A stretch of DNA of 64,000 bases, from positions 1 to 64,000 of IMG/VR virus record IMGVR_UViG_3300050821_003647; one strand, 5' to 3'. The DNA is from a virus. The position numbers were made by a program, and so were the translations under genes. How positions within the stretch are numbered: position 1 is the stretch's first letter; the number at the start of each line of letters is the position of its first letter. This document shows positions 26,716 to 38,782 of this stretch, piece after piece. The notes beneath the pieces are model-generated. The model did not search any database, was not told where the DNA came from, and saw only the letters and a program-made list of their open reading frames with translations.

Positions 26716-27067
26716 TATTCGATCCAACTCTCCGCATTAATGCGCCAAGCTGCTGATTAACCGGCATACCGTTAACGCTTGTCACTCGATCAGCATATAC
26801 CGTATTTGGCCTGAACACTTCAACGTTAAACCCTTGTGCCCGTCGCTCTGCCTCAGAAATAATTCTAGGAGGACGATTAGCCATCTCACGTGCACACTGC
26901 TCCACACGCCTCTTGCCAGCCTCGATTTCCAGTTCACGTGTGGTCTTGGCACGCGCAGGTTCAACATACGCCTGACCTGTTTTCTCTGGTTCAGGCTTTT
27001 TCACGTAGTCAACGCTCGTAGGCGTCACGATAGCTTCGTATGCACCTTCATCACTAACTTCGGGCAT
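26690..27067 (-). CDS. hypothetical protein
   Basis: ATG at 27067 preceded by GAGGA. The longer listed ORF would overlap a better small ORF. Confidence 0.55.
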   Translation of the reverse strand: MPEVSDEGAYEAIVTPTSVDYVKKPEPEKTGQAYVEPARAKTTRELEIEAGKRRVEQCAREMANRPPRIISEAERRAQGFNVEVFRPNTVYADRVTSVNGMPVNQQLGALMRRVGSNNGQKTPSS

Positions 27068-27077
27068 GGGGGTATCC

Positions 27078-27257
27078 TCACTTACCTTTGTGGTTCCAAT
27101 GTTTAGCGTTTTCGGCAAATGTAGCCCGCTTGCGCACTGCCGGATCAGCAGAGTTCTTCGCAGAAGCCAACTTGCCAGATGGGATAGGCTTACCTTGCGG
27201 TACGCCAAGGTTCTTATGAAGCAGTCCTTCGTGGCTCTTTTTGATATGGATGGCCAT
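27078..27257 (-). CDS. 59-aa basic protein (below the ORF-track cutoff)
   Basis: Hand translation: MAIHIKKSHEGLLHKNLGVPQGKPIPSGKLASAKNSADPAVRKRATFAENAKHWNHKGK. AGGAGA SD 6 nt upstream. Fills the 27068-27266 gap exactly. Confidence 0.6.
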   Translation of the reverse strand: MAIHIKKSHEGLLHKNLGVPQGKPIPSGKLASAKNSADPAVRKRATFAENAKHWNHKGK

Positions 27258-27266
27258 GTGGGTCTC

Positions 27267-27635
27267 CTATTTACGCATACCAGCAGCAAAATAAAATGTG
27301 ACAATCATCACAAAGATCGTCGCAAGGTTACCTCCAAGTGCTGGTGTAGAGGTAGCTCCCCCCATTACCACATTATCCCAAACAACACAACGCCAAACAT
27401 ACAAGACAAAAGGCAAAGCAAAGAGAGGCGGTATAGCCGCAACAAACCACCACTTTACCTGCACTTCACTTTGCATCTGGAGGACCGCGACTGCTGTATC
27501 TCGATCACACTGAAGCCGTGCCATAATCTGTTGGGTCTGTGCATCGTAGTGAGCCTTTACCCACGTCTGCCCAAGCCCAGTAAGCCCAGGAACAAGCTGG
27601 AAAAATTGCCCGATTAGTCCAAGGAAAGCTATCAT
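27267..27635 (-). CDS. membrane protein, holin-like (about 3 TM)
   Basis: Hydrophobic segments IAFLGLIGQFF, WWFVAAIPPLFALPFVLYVW, LATIFVMIVTFYFAAG. ATGA coupling. Confidence 0.5.
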   Translation of the reverse strand: MIAFLGLIGQFFQLVPGLTGLGQTWVKAHYDAQTQQIMARLQCDRDTAVAVLQMQSEVQVKWWFVAAIPPLFALPFVLYVWRCVVWDNVVMGGATSTPALGGNLATIFVMIVTFYFAAGMRK

Positions 27636-27862
27636 TGTGGGTCTCTCTTTAGAGTACGCATGCGAGCAGCCAAAGTAATAGCAGCAATACCAAGAGTATA
27701 GTGCCCAAGATAATTAGGAGGGACATATTGCGCTAGTCCTACTTGCTGTGCCACATCAGGAAACTGGTATAGGGCTTCCTGTGCGAGCCCGACCCACAGG
27801 AGAAAATGGGACCATGCCACCGTGAGAGAGTTCCAATGGAACGCTTTGATCTTTGTCCACAT
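27632..27862 (-). CDS. membrane protein, holin/antiholin-like (2 TM)
   Basis: ATG at 27862 sits just after the upstream TAA. Segments LTVAWSHFLLWVGLA and HYTLGIAAITLAA. Confidence 0.5.
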   Translation of the reverse strand: MWTKIKAFHWNSLTVAWSHFLLWVGLAQEALYQFPDVAQQVGLAQYVPPNYLGHYTLGIAAITLAARMRTLKRDPQ

Positions 27863-27863
27863 G

Positions 27864-29506
<1,643 letters not shown>

Positions 29507-29518
29507 TATGGGCAAACC

Positions 29519-29911
29519 TTATGGATTAGCAGGCCAACCAGAGTTTATGTTAATAGCTTGCACAGCAGCGGGGGTTGCTGCCGCTGCAATAGATGCACGA
29601 AGCGTACGATAATTATTACATATAGTCGCCAAAAAGTTTCCCACCTGTGTACCCGTTACATTTGTCAACGTACCTGCGCGAATGAACGCATTCAAATTCA
29701 TGAATTGATCTAAAAATATATCGAGATTAGATTGCCAAATAGCCTGCCATTGCGATAAAGTTAAGCTATTATTCCATGTAGTTACAGCAGCAGCAAACGT
29801 AGATGCATTATACACTGCCAAAATCATCCCAGAAGGCGGCGTATATGAAGATGAACCGTCCCATAAAATCACATTAGGAGGTCCATTTCCTGTAAGCATA
29901 TAAACAGCCAT
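29519..29911 (-). CDS. hypothetical fibre-cassette protein
   Basis: ORF tightly packed with its neighbours. Confidence 0.6.
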   Translation of the reverse strand: MAVYMLTGNGPPNVILWDGSSSYTPPSGMILAVYNASTFAAAVTTWNNSLTLSQWQAIWQSNLDIFLDQFMNLNAFIRAGTLTNVTGTQVGNFLATICNNYRTLRASIAAAATPAAVQAININSGWPANP

Positions 29912-29912
29912 A

Positions 29913-30887
29913 TTATGTCTCTATAGTTAGAAGCCATCCAGCGCCGCCAGTACCGCCAGTTCCCGGCGTATTAGCATTCAAACATGATCCGCCACCACCA
30001 CCACCGCCACCTTGTATACCATTTCCACCATTTCCTGCATTTCCTGCTGAATTCCCATATCCGCCGCCACCACCATGACCAGGAACATATAGTTCAATAA
30101 GCGCTGGGGAATTAGCACCGTTTGGAGTACCGGATGTACCTCCTAATCCGCCTACGTTAGTATTCCCACCAGAAAAAGCTACCCCACCATTTCCACCATT
30201 ATTAGATGCAGGAGCGGAAGTAATGCCGCCGCCAGAACCACCACCCGCACCTCCGTTTAAGCAAATGCCTCCTGCAAAAGCTACACCAGTTGCGCCACAT
30301 CCAGCACCACTGCTCCCCACGCCGTAAACAGAAGTGTTACTACCATTTGCGCCACTGCCGCCAGCATTACCAAAATTTCCAGCGGCTCCACCAGCAGTAC
30401 CTGAAGAGTTTCCCCCATCAACACCGTTATTTGAACCCGTACCCCATGATGCTGATCCACCCCCACCACTAGCAGCATTAAGCTGGCCCCCAGCACCGCC
30501 ACCGCCTCGTCCTGCATAAGCTAAATTACCAAATGTAGTCGCACCACCTGCTCCACCATTACCTCCAGCAGTAGAATTTACGGTAGCTGCTATACCCGCT
30601 TGACCAGCAGCACCGATAGTAATAGCTTGAGATACTCCTAAATCAGAAATACGAAACGTAGTATCAAATTTACCACCGCCACCGCCGCCTCCAGCCCCAG
30701 AAGCGGCGGTGCCAGACGCTTGTTTAGCACCGCCACCGCCGCCACCGCCACCCCCTTGTCCAATCGCCCGGCAAGTGGAACATCCTGGTGTTGGAATATA
30801 AGTAGAAGAAGACGTATAAAGCGTGAAGACGGCCCCTCCGTGGAGCCATCTTCGCGCGTATAGTCTGCTTTGGGCGTTGGTGAACAT
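29913..30887 (-). CDS. glycine-rich (GGxGG) fibre-cassette protein
   Basis: ATG at 30887. Poly-Gly runs (GQGGGGGGGGGA, GGGGGGGK, GGGGGGGGSC), not collagen-periodic. Confidence 0.7.
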   Translation of the reverse strand: MFTNAQSRLYARRWLHGGAVFTLYTSSSTYIPTPGCSTCRAIGQGGGGGGGGGAKQASGTAASGAGGGGGGGKFDTTFRISDLGVSQAITIGAAGQAGIAATVNSTAGGNGGAGGATTFGNLAYAGRGGGGAGGQLNAASGGGGSASWGTGSNNGVDGGNSSGTAGGAAGNFGNAGGSGANGSNTSVYGVGSSGAGCGATGVAFAGGICLNGGAGGGSGGGITSAPASNNGGNGGVAFSGGNTNVGGLGGTSGTPNGANSPALIELYVPGHGGGGGYGNSAGNAGNGGNGIQGGGGGGGGSCLNANTPGTGGTGGAGWLLTIET

Positions 30888-30888
30888 C

Positions 30889-31314
30889 TTAGAAATCACC
30901 ACCCATAACGTTGACGCTGATCAGCTTGCCGCTGGTCACGGTAGTGAGCGCAGAAACCGTCAACGTGTCGCTCGCGCTAAGCAAGAAAATAAACGGATTG
31001 CCATCGCTATCTACGGCGAGACCCGGCAACTGTGTACTGTTAAAACCATTCACAGACGGAACGGAGCCAGAGTTACCGGCACCGATAGGCACAGTGACAG
31101 TTCCCAGCACGTAAGATGTGCCACCGTTCGTAATGGAAATCTGCACATCGCGCGCAGATGTATCAGTCGATGAAAAGATAAGCCCCACCAACTTACTACC
31201 GTTTGCGCCACCCGTATACACGGTCTTCTGGGTCTGCGCATCCCCATTAGCAATCTGAACCTTACCGTTCTTCGGCGTTTGAACGGTAACAATTGAGTTA
31301 GGTGTCGTAGCCAT
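30889..31314 (-). CDS. beta-rich structural protein
   Basis: AGGAGGA SD. 141-aa T/S/G/V-rich ORF. Confidence 0.65.
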   Translation of the reverse strand: MATTPNSIVTVQTPKNGKVQIANGDAQTQKTVYTGGANGSKLVGLIFSSTDTSARDVQISITNGGTSYVLGTVTVPIGAGNSGSVPSVNGFNSTQLPGLAVDSDGNPFIFLLSASDTLTVSALTTVTSGKLISVNVMGGDF

Positions 31315-31366
31315 GGTTAAGTTCCTCCTAGTTGATCGAACCTACGTGAAAACTCTATACTTTCAG

Positions 31367-32775
<1,409 letters not shown>

Positions 32776-32779
<4 letters not shown>

Positions 32780-33159
32780 GTCGGTGGTAGGGTTATTCCC
32801 TGCTCCACGTGTATTTTGCCATAGAACAAACCATCCACTTGCCCACTGGAAATGGTCTGCATCAAACAGTCATAGATGTAATCCCCTTCAGGTAGAGCAT
32901 TACGAATAGTCGCATCAGGCACATTCATACCTAGTATGCGATTGATCGGATCAACTACCTGAATTTGACCAGCAGCACTAGTTAGTGCGAGTATCGGGGT
33001 TGCATCGTCATCTGTGTTCTTGATGCTGAGATAAAAGTTTGCACCGCTTAACGTCCACGAAAAATCACTAGGATCACCAAGCTGCAATTGGTCATCCCAC
33101 CACACATTGTTTCCAATGGTAAAATCTACACGGGTTATACCGCGGCGATCGATATCCAT
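32776..33159 (-). CDS. hypothetical beta-sandwich-like structural protein
   Basis: ORF with ATGA coupling to the downstream collagen gene. Confidence 0.6.
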
Positions 33160-33160
33160 T

Positions 33161-33973
33161 TTACAGGTTCCACCATTGTCCGGTTGAAACTACCCAACCT
33201 TGCTGCGAACGAGTACGGAAATTCTGTGGGTATGCCCACGCCTGCGATCCGTTAGTATTCTGGCGCATAGCTGCCACACGTGCGATATTTACACCTTGTC
33301 GGAAATACTGATAATTCAACGAACCCATTTTAGGGTCTGAATATGGGCGATTAGGTTGAAGCATAAGTTTAGCTTTAATGCCAGCCAATAAATATGGCTC
33401 ATACTTATCCATAATCGACTGTGGTATATCCGGCAAATCTGGGTCTTGCGGCCTGTCAACGCTCTTTACTACTACCGCAAAAACAGGAGTGGTTACACTC
33501 TGCGGATATTGGATTTGCAAAACGTTTAGTTGCGGCATAGCCGCCGTAATAAAGATACCATTCAAATCAAGTACACCAGTAAGCGCAATAATCTTACCAG
33601 CAGGGATAGGATCACCAAGGCTCTGTGGTTGACCCGGCACAAGTTGATATAAGACTATCCCAGGCAAAAGAAGCCCTGGAATTTGCTCGATCCATACTTT
33701 GCTATCGTTGAAGAACTCAACGAACACATCGTACATAGCCATACGTATCATGGCGTCACTGGCGCCTACTAGCTCAATTCGTGCTCGCTTATATAGATAG
33801 CCAGTATGGGGCTCAACTGGTACCACCGTTCCAGCAGCGGGACCACTAGCACCGGTCACACCAAAAAACGCTGGGCCAGTTACCGCTCCGGTAATTCCCA
33901 GGAAGGCTGGGCCGCTGGCACCGGTGGCGCCAGTAGGACCAAGCCAAAATTCATTCCAGCCGTCGTCTGACAT
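33161..33973 (-). CDS. adaptor/tail-tubular-A-position protein with degenerate collagen-like N-terminus
   Basis: GPTGATGASGPAFLGITGAVTGPAFFGVTGASGP followed by a 220-aa globular domain. Function assigned from position after the connector. Confidence 0.55.
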   Translation of the reverse strand: MSDDGWNEFWLGPTGATGASGPAFLGITGAVTGPAFFGVTGASGPAAGTVVPVEPHTGYLYKRARIELVGASDAMIRMAMYDVFVEFFNDSKVWIEQIPGLLLPGIVLYQLVPGQPQSLGDPIPAGKIIALTGVLDLNGIFITAAMPQLNVLQIQYPQSVTTPVFAVVVKSVDRPQDPDLPDIPQSIMDKYEPYLLAGIKAKLMLQPNRPYSDPKMGSLNYQYFRQGVNIARVAAMRQNTNGSQAWAYPQNFRTRSQQGWVVSTGQWWNL

Positions 33974-33975
33974 TT

Positions 33976-34413
33976 TTAACCCTTCGGCGGTGCCATACCT
34001 TTAGTGGATTTCTCTTCAGTGAGAATATTCTCGAAAGTCATCAACCGTGCAAGAGCACGTTCATCTTCGATATCCTCTTGATCACGCTGCATAGCATGAC
34101 CGACGATCCCAAACACTAGTGCGCGGCGGAATGGCTGTTCTATTGGCACCCACATGGTCCATGTAGGGTTATCGTCATCATCAAAGTTAGCATCTACACC
34201 AGGAACAAGCGTAGAAGCTGCGTCATTCCACTCATACTGAGGCACATTATCGAGGTAGTCGATAAGAAGATCAGGGCGAAGCCGTCGCACGTCCATCATT
34301 GTGAGATTTAGGGCGTTGATCAGGTCAGACGTGGAATATCGATACGGGACGAGTTGGTCCTGGAGCAAGGTCCTGGCATCGTCTAGATAGTCGCCCACAA
34401 TGTCGAATGCCAT
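33976..34413 (-). CDS. head-tail connector/completion-like protein
   Basis: 145-aa ORF immediately after the capsid gene. Assignment from position only. Confidence 0.45.
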   Translation of the reverse strand: MAFDIVGDYLDDARTLLQDQLVPYRYSTSDLINALNLTMMDVRRLRPDLLIDYLDNVPQYEWNDAASTLVPGVDANFDDDDNPTWTMWVPIEQPFRRALVFGIVGHAMQRDQEDIEDERALARLMTFENILTEEKSTKGMAPPKG

Positions 34414-34422
34414 GTGAACCTC

Positions 34423-34454
34423 ATAATAAAGCCCCCCGTTATTACACGGGGGGC
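34423..34454 (-). terminator. rho-independent terminator after the capsid gene
   Basis: On the minus strand: GCCCCCCG-tgtaataa-CGGGGGGC followed by TTTATTAT. Confidence 0.75.
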
Positions 34455-34482
34455 CTTAAGTTCGTGTTAAAGGCTGGCTTTA

Positions 34483-35490
34483 TTACGAGCCAGGGGTAAC
34501 CTGGGCCTGGACCAGCGCCTTGCCGTCCACAACCTGATAGCCATAGACTTGGAGGCCACGAAGCACCTGACCAAAGGTCAACTCGCTTCGCAGCGTTTCG
34601 ACCTTCGAAATCTGGCTGGCGAACGTGAGCCCATGTGCATGGCCCGCGTAGATCGGCCACTCACCCGGAGCAAAGTTCACAGCGTCCGTGCTGTTGTTCG
34701 GAAGCAGGTTGCTGATATAGAGCGTGAACCGGTCAATCATGCCCAGCCGCCCATTACGCAACATGCTAACGCTGTCACCAGACAGATAAGCCTGACGGAG
34801 TTCAGACTGCTTGACCATCCTGCCAGCCCACGCCGGCATAACGACCCATCGGCCGACTTCCGGAATGTTCTGCTCGTCAAGAACCTGACCCATACGCATG
34901 AGCACATCGAGCAACTCAACTTCGCCCGAGGTAGGATCACGCGCCACAACAGAAAGTGGCGAGCCAGTCACGCCAAGGTTGACGTTACCGGTGATGACGC
35001 CCGCAGCCGTCCCACGGTTAGCAGCAACCATCTGGTTGGCAATGCCATCCAGAACGTCGGTGTCAACAGCGATCTTAAGCTGCTGGGCAGCATCGTCTGA
35101 CCACATAGAGAGAATATTCAGATCGCTCTGAATTTCCATCACGTCGTCAAGGATCAGCGAGAAGAACTTACCGTTACCGATATAAAGTTCCACCGTGCCA
35201 CCGCTTGGGCGGTCCAGAGGAAGCAATTCGTCGGCAGAGTAGTTTCTAATGGTGATCGTGGGCTTCGTTCGGATTTTCACCCGGTCGCCCTTATTACGAA
35301 TTTCACCCTCGTAGTCCGTGTTGCTAATCGCAGCAAGGACAGTGCTTGCGTAGAACTTCTCCACAAGCTTGCCGCTCCAGATTTCCGGGATAAACCCAGT
35401 CGCCTGAAGGGTGTTAGCAGTACCGCCAGCCGGATAAATACTAGTGCCACCAGCCGGGGCAATAGGAAATGCACCAGAAGGAATGGGCAT
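34483..35490 (-). CDS. major capsid protein
   Basis: 335 aa, directly after the scaffold-like gene and followed by a strong terminator. GFIPEIWSGKLVEKFY N-terminal region typical of HK97-fold podoviral coats. Confidence 0.7.
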   Translation of the reverse strand: MPIPSGAFPIAPAGGTSIYPAGGTANTLQATGFIPEIWSGKLVEKFYASTVLAAISNTDYEGEIRNKGDRVKIRTKPTITIRNYSADELLPLDRPSGGTVELYIGNGKFFSLILDDVMEIQSDLNILSMWSDDAAQQLKIAVDTDVLDGIANQMVAANRGTAAGVITGNVNLGVTGSPLSVVARDPTSGEVELLDVLMRMGQVLDEQNIPEVGRWVVMPAWAGRMVKQSELRQAYLSGDSVSMLRNGRLGMIDRFTLYISNLLPNNSTDAVNFAPGEWPIYAGHAHGLTFASQISKVETLRSELTFGQVLRGLQVYGYQVVDGKALVQAQVTPGS

Positions 35491-35507
35491 GACTAACCCC
35501 TATGTTT

Positions 35508-35540
35508 GGGAGTTAGCCATGTCTATGGTCAATAACTCCC
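35508..35540 (-). promoter_or_regulatory. 8-bp stem hairpin between the scaffold and capsid genes
   Basis: gggagtta-N17-taactccc in the 54-nt intergenic gap. Possible RNA processing or translation-control element. Confidence 0.35.
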
Positions 35541-35544
35541 TTGA

Positions 35545-36600
35545 TTAACGAACACGACCAGCGCGTTGGCATTCGAAAATGATCGCTTCATCGTTCATGC
35601 GATCCTGTTCTCTGCCTGCGTACACGCCTTCACGCACATTCTTATAGAACTGCGTGATTTGGCCGCGAGTGATCCAGATGGGAGCATCAGCGGACTGCCC
35701 CGGTTGGGTACCGGTAGCCGGCTTTGCATGGCCAGGGGCTGCGAGCGTTTGAAGCTCTACTGACGGGGTGGCAGGCTGGGCAGTGAGCGCAGGCTGTTGG
35801 TTCGTCAGAAACTCAGTGGACCCTGTAGCTTCTTCCTCAGCGAGGAAGCCCTTGAAGAACGCAACCACCGCGGCGGCATCAGCGGCCTTATGTGCTTGGT
35901 TCAGCAAATCCTGTCTTACTTGACGTGAGTAAACATCTCGTAAACGCAACCAAGCCTTAAAACGGGGGCTCACATTAATTTGTGGCCAATTAGGAACCTC
36001 AGTATCAAGCGTAGCCTCGATACTTTGATTGGCTTGGTTTTGTAGCCGTTGTTCCAGACGCCTATTATCTTGCTCAAGCTTCATCAACGTAGGCTGCACC
36101 GCCTGTAAAGCGGCGCGCTGTGCCACACTTAAGAAGTCCTGCCCATAAGTTTCCACGTCTTCCTTGGTGATCAAAGGAACAGGTGGAGTAGGAGTAACCG
36201 GTGGTGGCTGGTTCACAGGCTGGCGGACCTGGGTACTAGCAAGCGCAGCAGTTACTTCGGATAGGCTTGATTGGAGCGATTGGACAGTTTCCTGGGTCTG
36301 CTTAAACCGTCCTTCCATGGACTTGGCTTGGTGCATCCATTCGTTAACGCCCCAGGAAGCACGGTCATCGTTAGGTTGAGAAGGTGCTGGAGTTACAATA
36401 GTAACCGGTTGAACAGTCGGCGACGATGTTACCGGTACAGTAACAACAGGTGGATTAGCCTGTGGGCTGTATGCCTGGGCATGAAGCTGGGCGGCGCGAT
36501 CGGCTTCCAGCTTAACTCTTGGGGGGACAACAACATTCGGATCAATCGGTGGCAAGGGCATACCCTTTGCATCCACCGTCTTTTCAATCGGGGCAACCAT
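35545..36600 (-). CDS. scaffolding protein
   Basis: 351 aa, Q/A/P-rich with coiled-coil segments, upstream of the capsid gene. AGGAGAA SD. Confidence 0.6.
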   Translation of the reverse strand: MVAPIEKTVDAKGMPLPPIDPNVVVPPRVKLEADRAAQLHAQAYSPQANPPVVTVPVTSSPTVQPVTIVTPAPSQPNDDRASWGVNEWMHQAKSMEGRFKQTQETVQSLQSSLSEVTAALASTQVRQPVNQPPPVTPTPPVPLITKEDVETYGQDFLSVAQRAALQAVQPTLMKLEQDNRRLEQRLQNQANQSIEATLDTEVPNWPQINVSPRFKAWLRLRDVYSRQVRQDLLNQAHKAADAAAVVAFFKGFLAEEEATGSTEFLTNQQPALTAQPATPSVELQTLAAPGHAKPATGTQPGQSADAPIWITRGQITQFYKNVREGVYAGREQDRMNDEAIIFECQRAGRVR

Positions 36601-36620
36601 TTTATTCTCCTGTCATCTGG

Positions 36621-36878
36621 CTACGGCATGAAGGCGTAGGCAGGGTCCATCAATGTAGTCGGTGATGTTGGCACATCAAGATGAGTGAAGACATTCAGCC
36701 AGCCTTTATTGGCCAGGGCAAATCCCTTCGCTGTCATGATGTTGGCAGCATCCGCTTCGGTCACAGCATCTACGGCTTCCGCCGTGTATTCGTTAAATAC
36801 CTTAACGAATTGATCCCACTCTTCGGGCGCACGGGCGCGAAGGTGACGGCAAACTTCCTTGATATCAGCTTCTTTCAT
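36621..36878 (-). CDS. small acidic hypothetical protein
   Basis: ORF with a TAATG overlap to the upstream gene. Confidence 0.55.
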   Translation of the reverse strand: MKEADIKEVCRHLRARAPEEWDQFVKVFNEYTAEAVDAVTEADAANIMTAKGFALANKGWLNVFTHLDVPTSPTTLMDPAYAFMP

Positions 36879-37150
36879 TACACCATGCCCTGGTCTTGGC
36901 CAGGAGCACCACCAGCGCCCATTCCCATAGGAGGTGCGCCCATAGGCGGGGCACCCATTCCACCACCCATCGGTGGCGGAGGAGGCGTAGGCAATGGGGT
37001 TGCCTTGGCATAGTTATTGAGTGAGGGCGCTGCTTGCGTCAAAGCCCCAGGTTTTGGTTGTGGCGGGAAAGGCTTAGCGCCCTTACCCGCATGCTTAACA
37101 ACCTGTCCATGCTTACTGAGTGGGGTCAAGTGTTTGATGAGAGGTCCCAT
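36878..37150 (-). CDS. small disordered P/G/M-rich protein
   Basis: ATG at 37150 (TGATG overlap). PPPPPMGGGMGAPPMGAPPMGMGAGG. Confidence 0.5.
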   Translation of the reverse strand: MGPLIKHLTPLSKHGQVVKHAGKGAKPFPPQPKPGALTQAAPSLNNYAKATPLPTPPPPPMGGGMGAPPMGAPPMGMGAGGAPGQDQGMV

Positions 37151-37389
37151 CAAGTTTCTCCTGTTAAACCTGTAGAGCCAAACGAAGATTTCGACCCTTC
37201 AGTGGCACCAAGAGGCTGTTCTGCGCCCATCTCAGGCTTCGCATAATCCCTACGGGAAACCTTCACCCGTGGAAAATTAGTAGGTGCTCGAACCGCTTGC
37301 TGAAACCTAGGACCCCCAGACGTACTTCCGGTCTTAGGAACCTTCGGTGTCCCACCAATTCCAGGACCTTTAGGCGAAAATCCCGCCAT
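37150..37389 (-). CDS. small disordered basic G/P/S-rich protein
   Basis: ORF with TAATG coupling. Confidence 0.5.
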   Translation of the reverse strand: MAGFSPKGPGIGGTPKVPKTGSTSGGPRFQQAVRAPTNFPRVKVSRRDYAKPEMGAEQPLGATEGSKSSFGSTGLTGET

Positions 37390-37724
37390 TACCGGGCGCT
37401 CGTAATACCGTCACGCGCGGGAACCGAACCTTGGTACCCAAACATCTTGGTCGAGCCACCCTTGGCAAACTTGTCACCCGTACCGGTGGATTGGTCCGAA
37501 CCGGTATCATGCTCAGTCACGCCTTCCTTTTGGGGTTCAGCGGCCTGATGGCCAAACATCGGGGTGTCGCCACCCTCAGCAAACTTCGCAGGCTTCCCAC
37601 CAACTGCATTACCCTCAGCCTTACCCTTAGGCATAGAATAGCCGGCAGTCGTGGAACCCTTGGAACCGGAACCCTTATGGACGTTATCGCCCTCGCCGTA
37701 ACCGCCTTCACCGCCCTTAGCCAT
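37389..37724 (-). CDS. small disordered protein with three [FK]A[EK]GG motifs
   Basis: AGGAGA SD. MAKGGEGG, KFAEGGDTPMFG, KFAKGGSTKMFG. Confidence 0.6.
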   Translation of the reverse strand: MAKGGEGGYGEGDNVHKGSGSKGSTTAGYSMPKGKAEGNAVGGKPAKFAEGGDTPMFGHQAAEPQKEGVTEHDTGSDQSTGTGDKFAKGGSTKMFGYQGSVPARDGITSAR

Positions 37725-37771
37725 GGAAATCTCCTATGATCATGATCAAGATCATAAGTAGCACCTGCTGG

Positions 37772-38782
37772 TTAAAAAATCCTGTCGGTCCAGGTCTTAG
37801 GACAATATGGGCGCTGGATTTCAATTGGGAGATGATATTGGAATGGCCTTGGGCCACGCTTAATCATGGCATCAGCCATTTTCGTAAGACCTTTGTAAAG
37901 CGTAGTTTTTGTCTGGTAACCTAGTAATTTTCGCGCCTTCTTAGAGGAACAAAGTGCAATCTTAACTTCTTGAGGGCGTCCAGGCATATAAATTGGTTGG
38001 AGATTAAAGAAATTAGTTACAGAGGCAACTTCATTTGCTAATTCATTAATTGTTATAGGTTGTTCATCTGGCCCAATATTAATCACGTGGCCTACAACAT
38101 CCTTCTGAAAGCCCATCTTAACCAAACAAGACAAACAATCGTCGATAAACGAGAAACATCGTTGTTGGCGTCCATCTCCGTAAATAATTGGCTGCTTCCC
38201 CTGAAGCATACGGTTCATCATAATCGAAGCCACATTACGGAATGGATCATCATATTTCTGGCGCGGACCAATGATATTGTGGGGAACAGCAATCACATAC
38301 TCCGTCTCGTGCGTATCACATAGATTGATCAGAATTTTTTCCGCTGCCACCTTGGCGATCCCATAAGGGTCCTGTGGGTAAGTCAAATGCCATTCCTCAA
38401 ATGGGGGTTGACCAGCACCATAGCGCGCCATAGACGAACAATGGACAATCCGCTTTACGTTAGCCTGGATAGCGGCAGAGAAAACAGCCGTTGACGCACC
38501 CACTATACTCTCTACCACAGTGTGCGGCGAAAAGACGCTTAACCCTTCATAAGCAAGAGCGGCGCAATGGTATACAAGGTCTACTTGTCGCATAACAATT
38601 GGGTTGTGTACCAATTGCTGGCAATCCATCTGATAAAAATCCAAACCGATAGCGTCCGGAATATTATCCCTATCTCCACCAATCATGTTGTCAATTCCGA
38701 CAACCGTATGACCGTCCTTCAGCATCGCATCCGCAAGGTGGCTACCGAGAAATCCGGCAACACCAGTAATTAGAACCTTCAT
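37772..38782 (-). CDS. NAD-dependent NDP-sugar epimerase/dehydratase (extended SDR)
   Basis: GVAGFLGSH Rossmann motif, catalytic SS..YGIAK (YxxxK). 336 aa. Confidence 0.85.
   Translation of the reverse strand: MKVLITGVAGFLGSHLADAMLKDGHTVVGIDNMIGGDRDNIPDAIGLDFYQMDCQQLVHNPIVMRQVDLVYHCAALAYEGLSVFSPHTVVESIVGASTAVFSAAIQANVKRIVHCSSMARYGAGQPPFEEWHLTYPQDPYGIAKVAAEKILINLCDTHETEYVIAVPHNIIGPRQKYDDPFRNVASIMMNRMLQGKQPIIYGDGRQQRCFSFIDDCLSCLVKMGFQKDVVGHVINIGPDEQPITINELANEVASVTNFFNLQPIYMPGRPQEVKIALCSSKKARKLLGYQTKTTLYKGLTKMADAMIKRGPRPFQYHLPIEIQRPYCPKTWTDRIF

Noticed and set aside
27066-27617. 183-aa + strand ORF spanning three minus-strand genes
   Set aside because: The minus strand gives three tightly coupled genes with SD sequences, including the 59-aa ORF. 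The + ORF is a shadow frame.
34442-34660. 72-aa minus-strand ORF overlapping the capsid gene 3' end and its terminator
   Set aside because: It is out of frame with the well-supported capsid ORF and would include the terminator hairpin.
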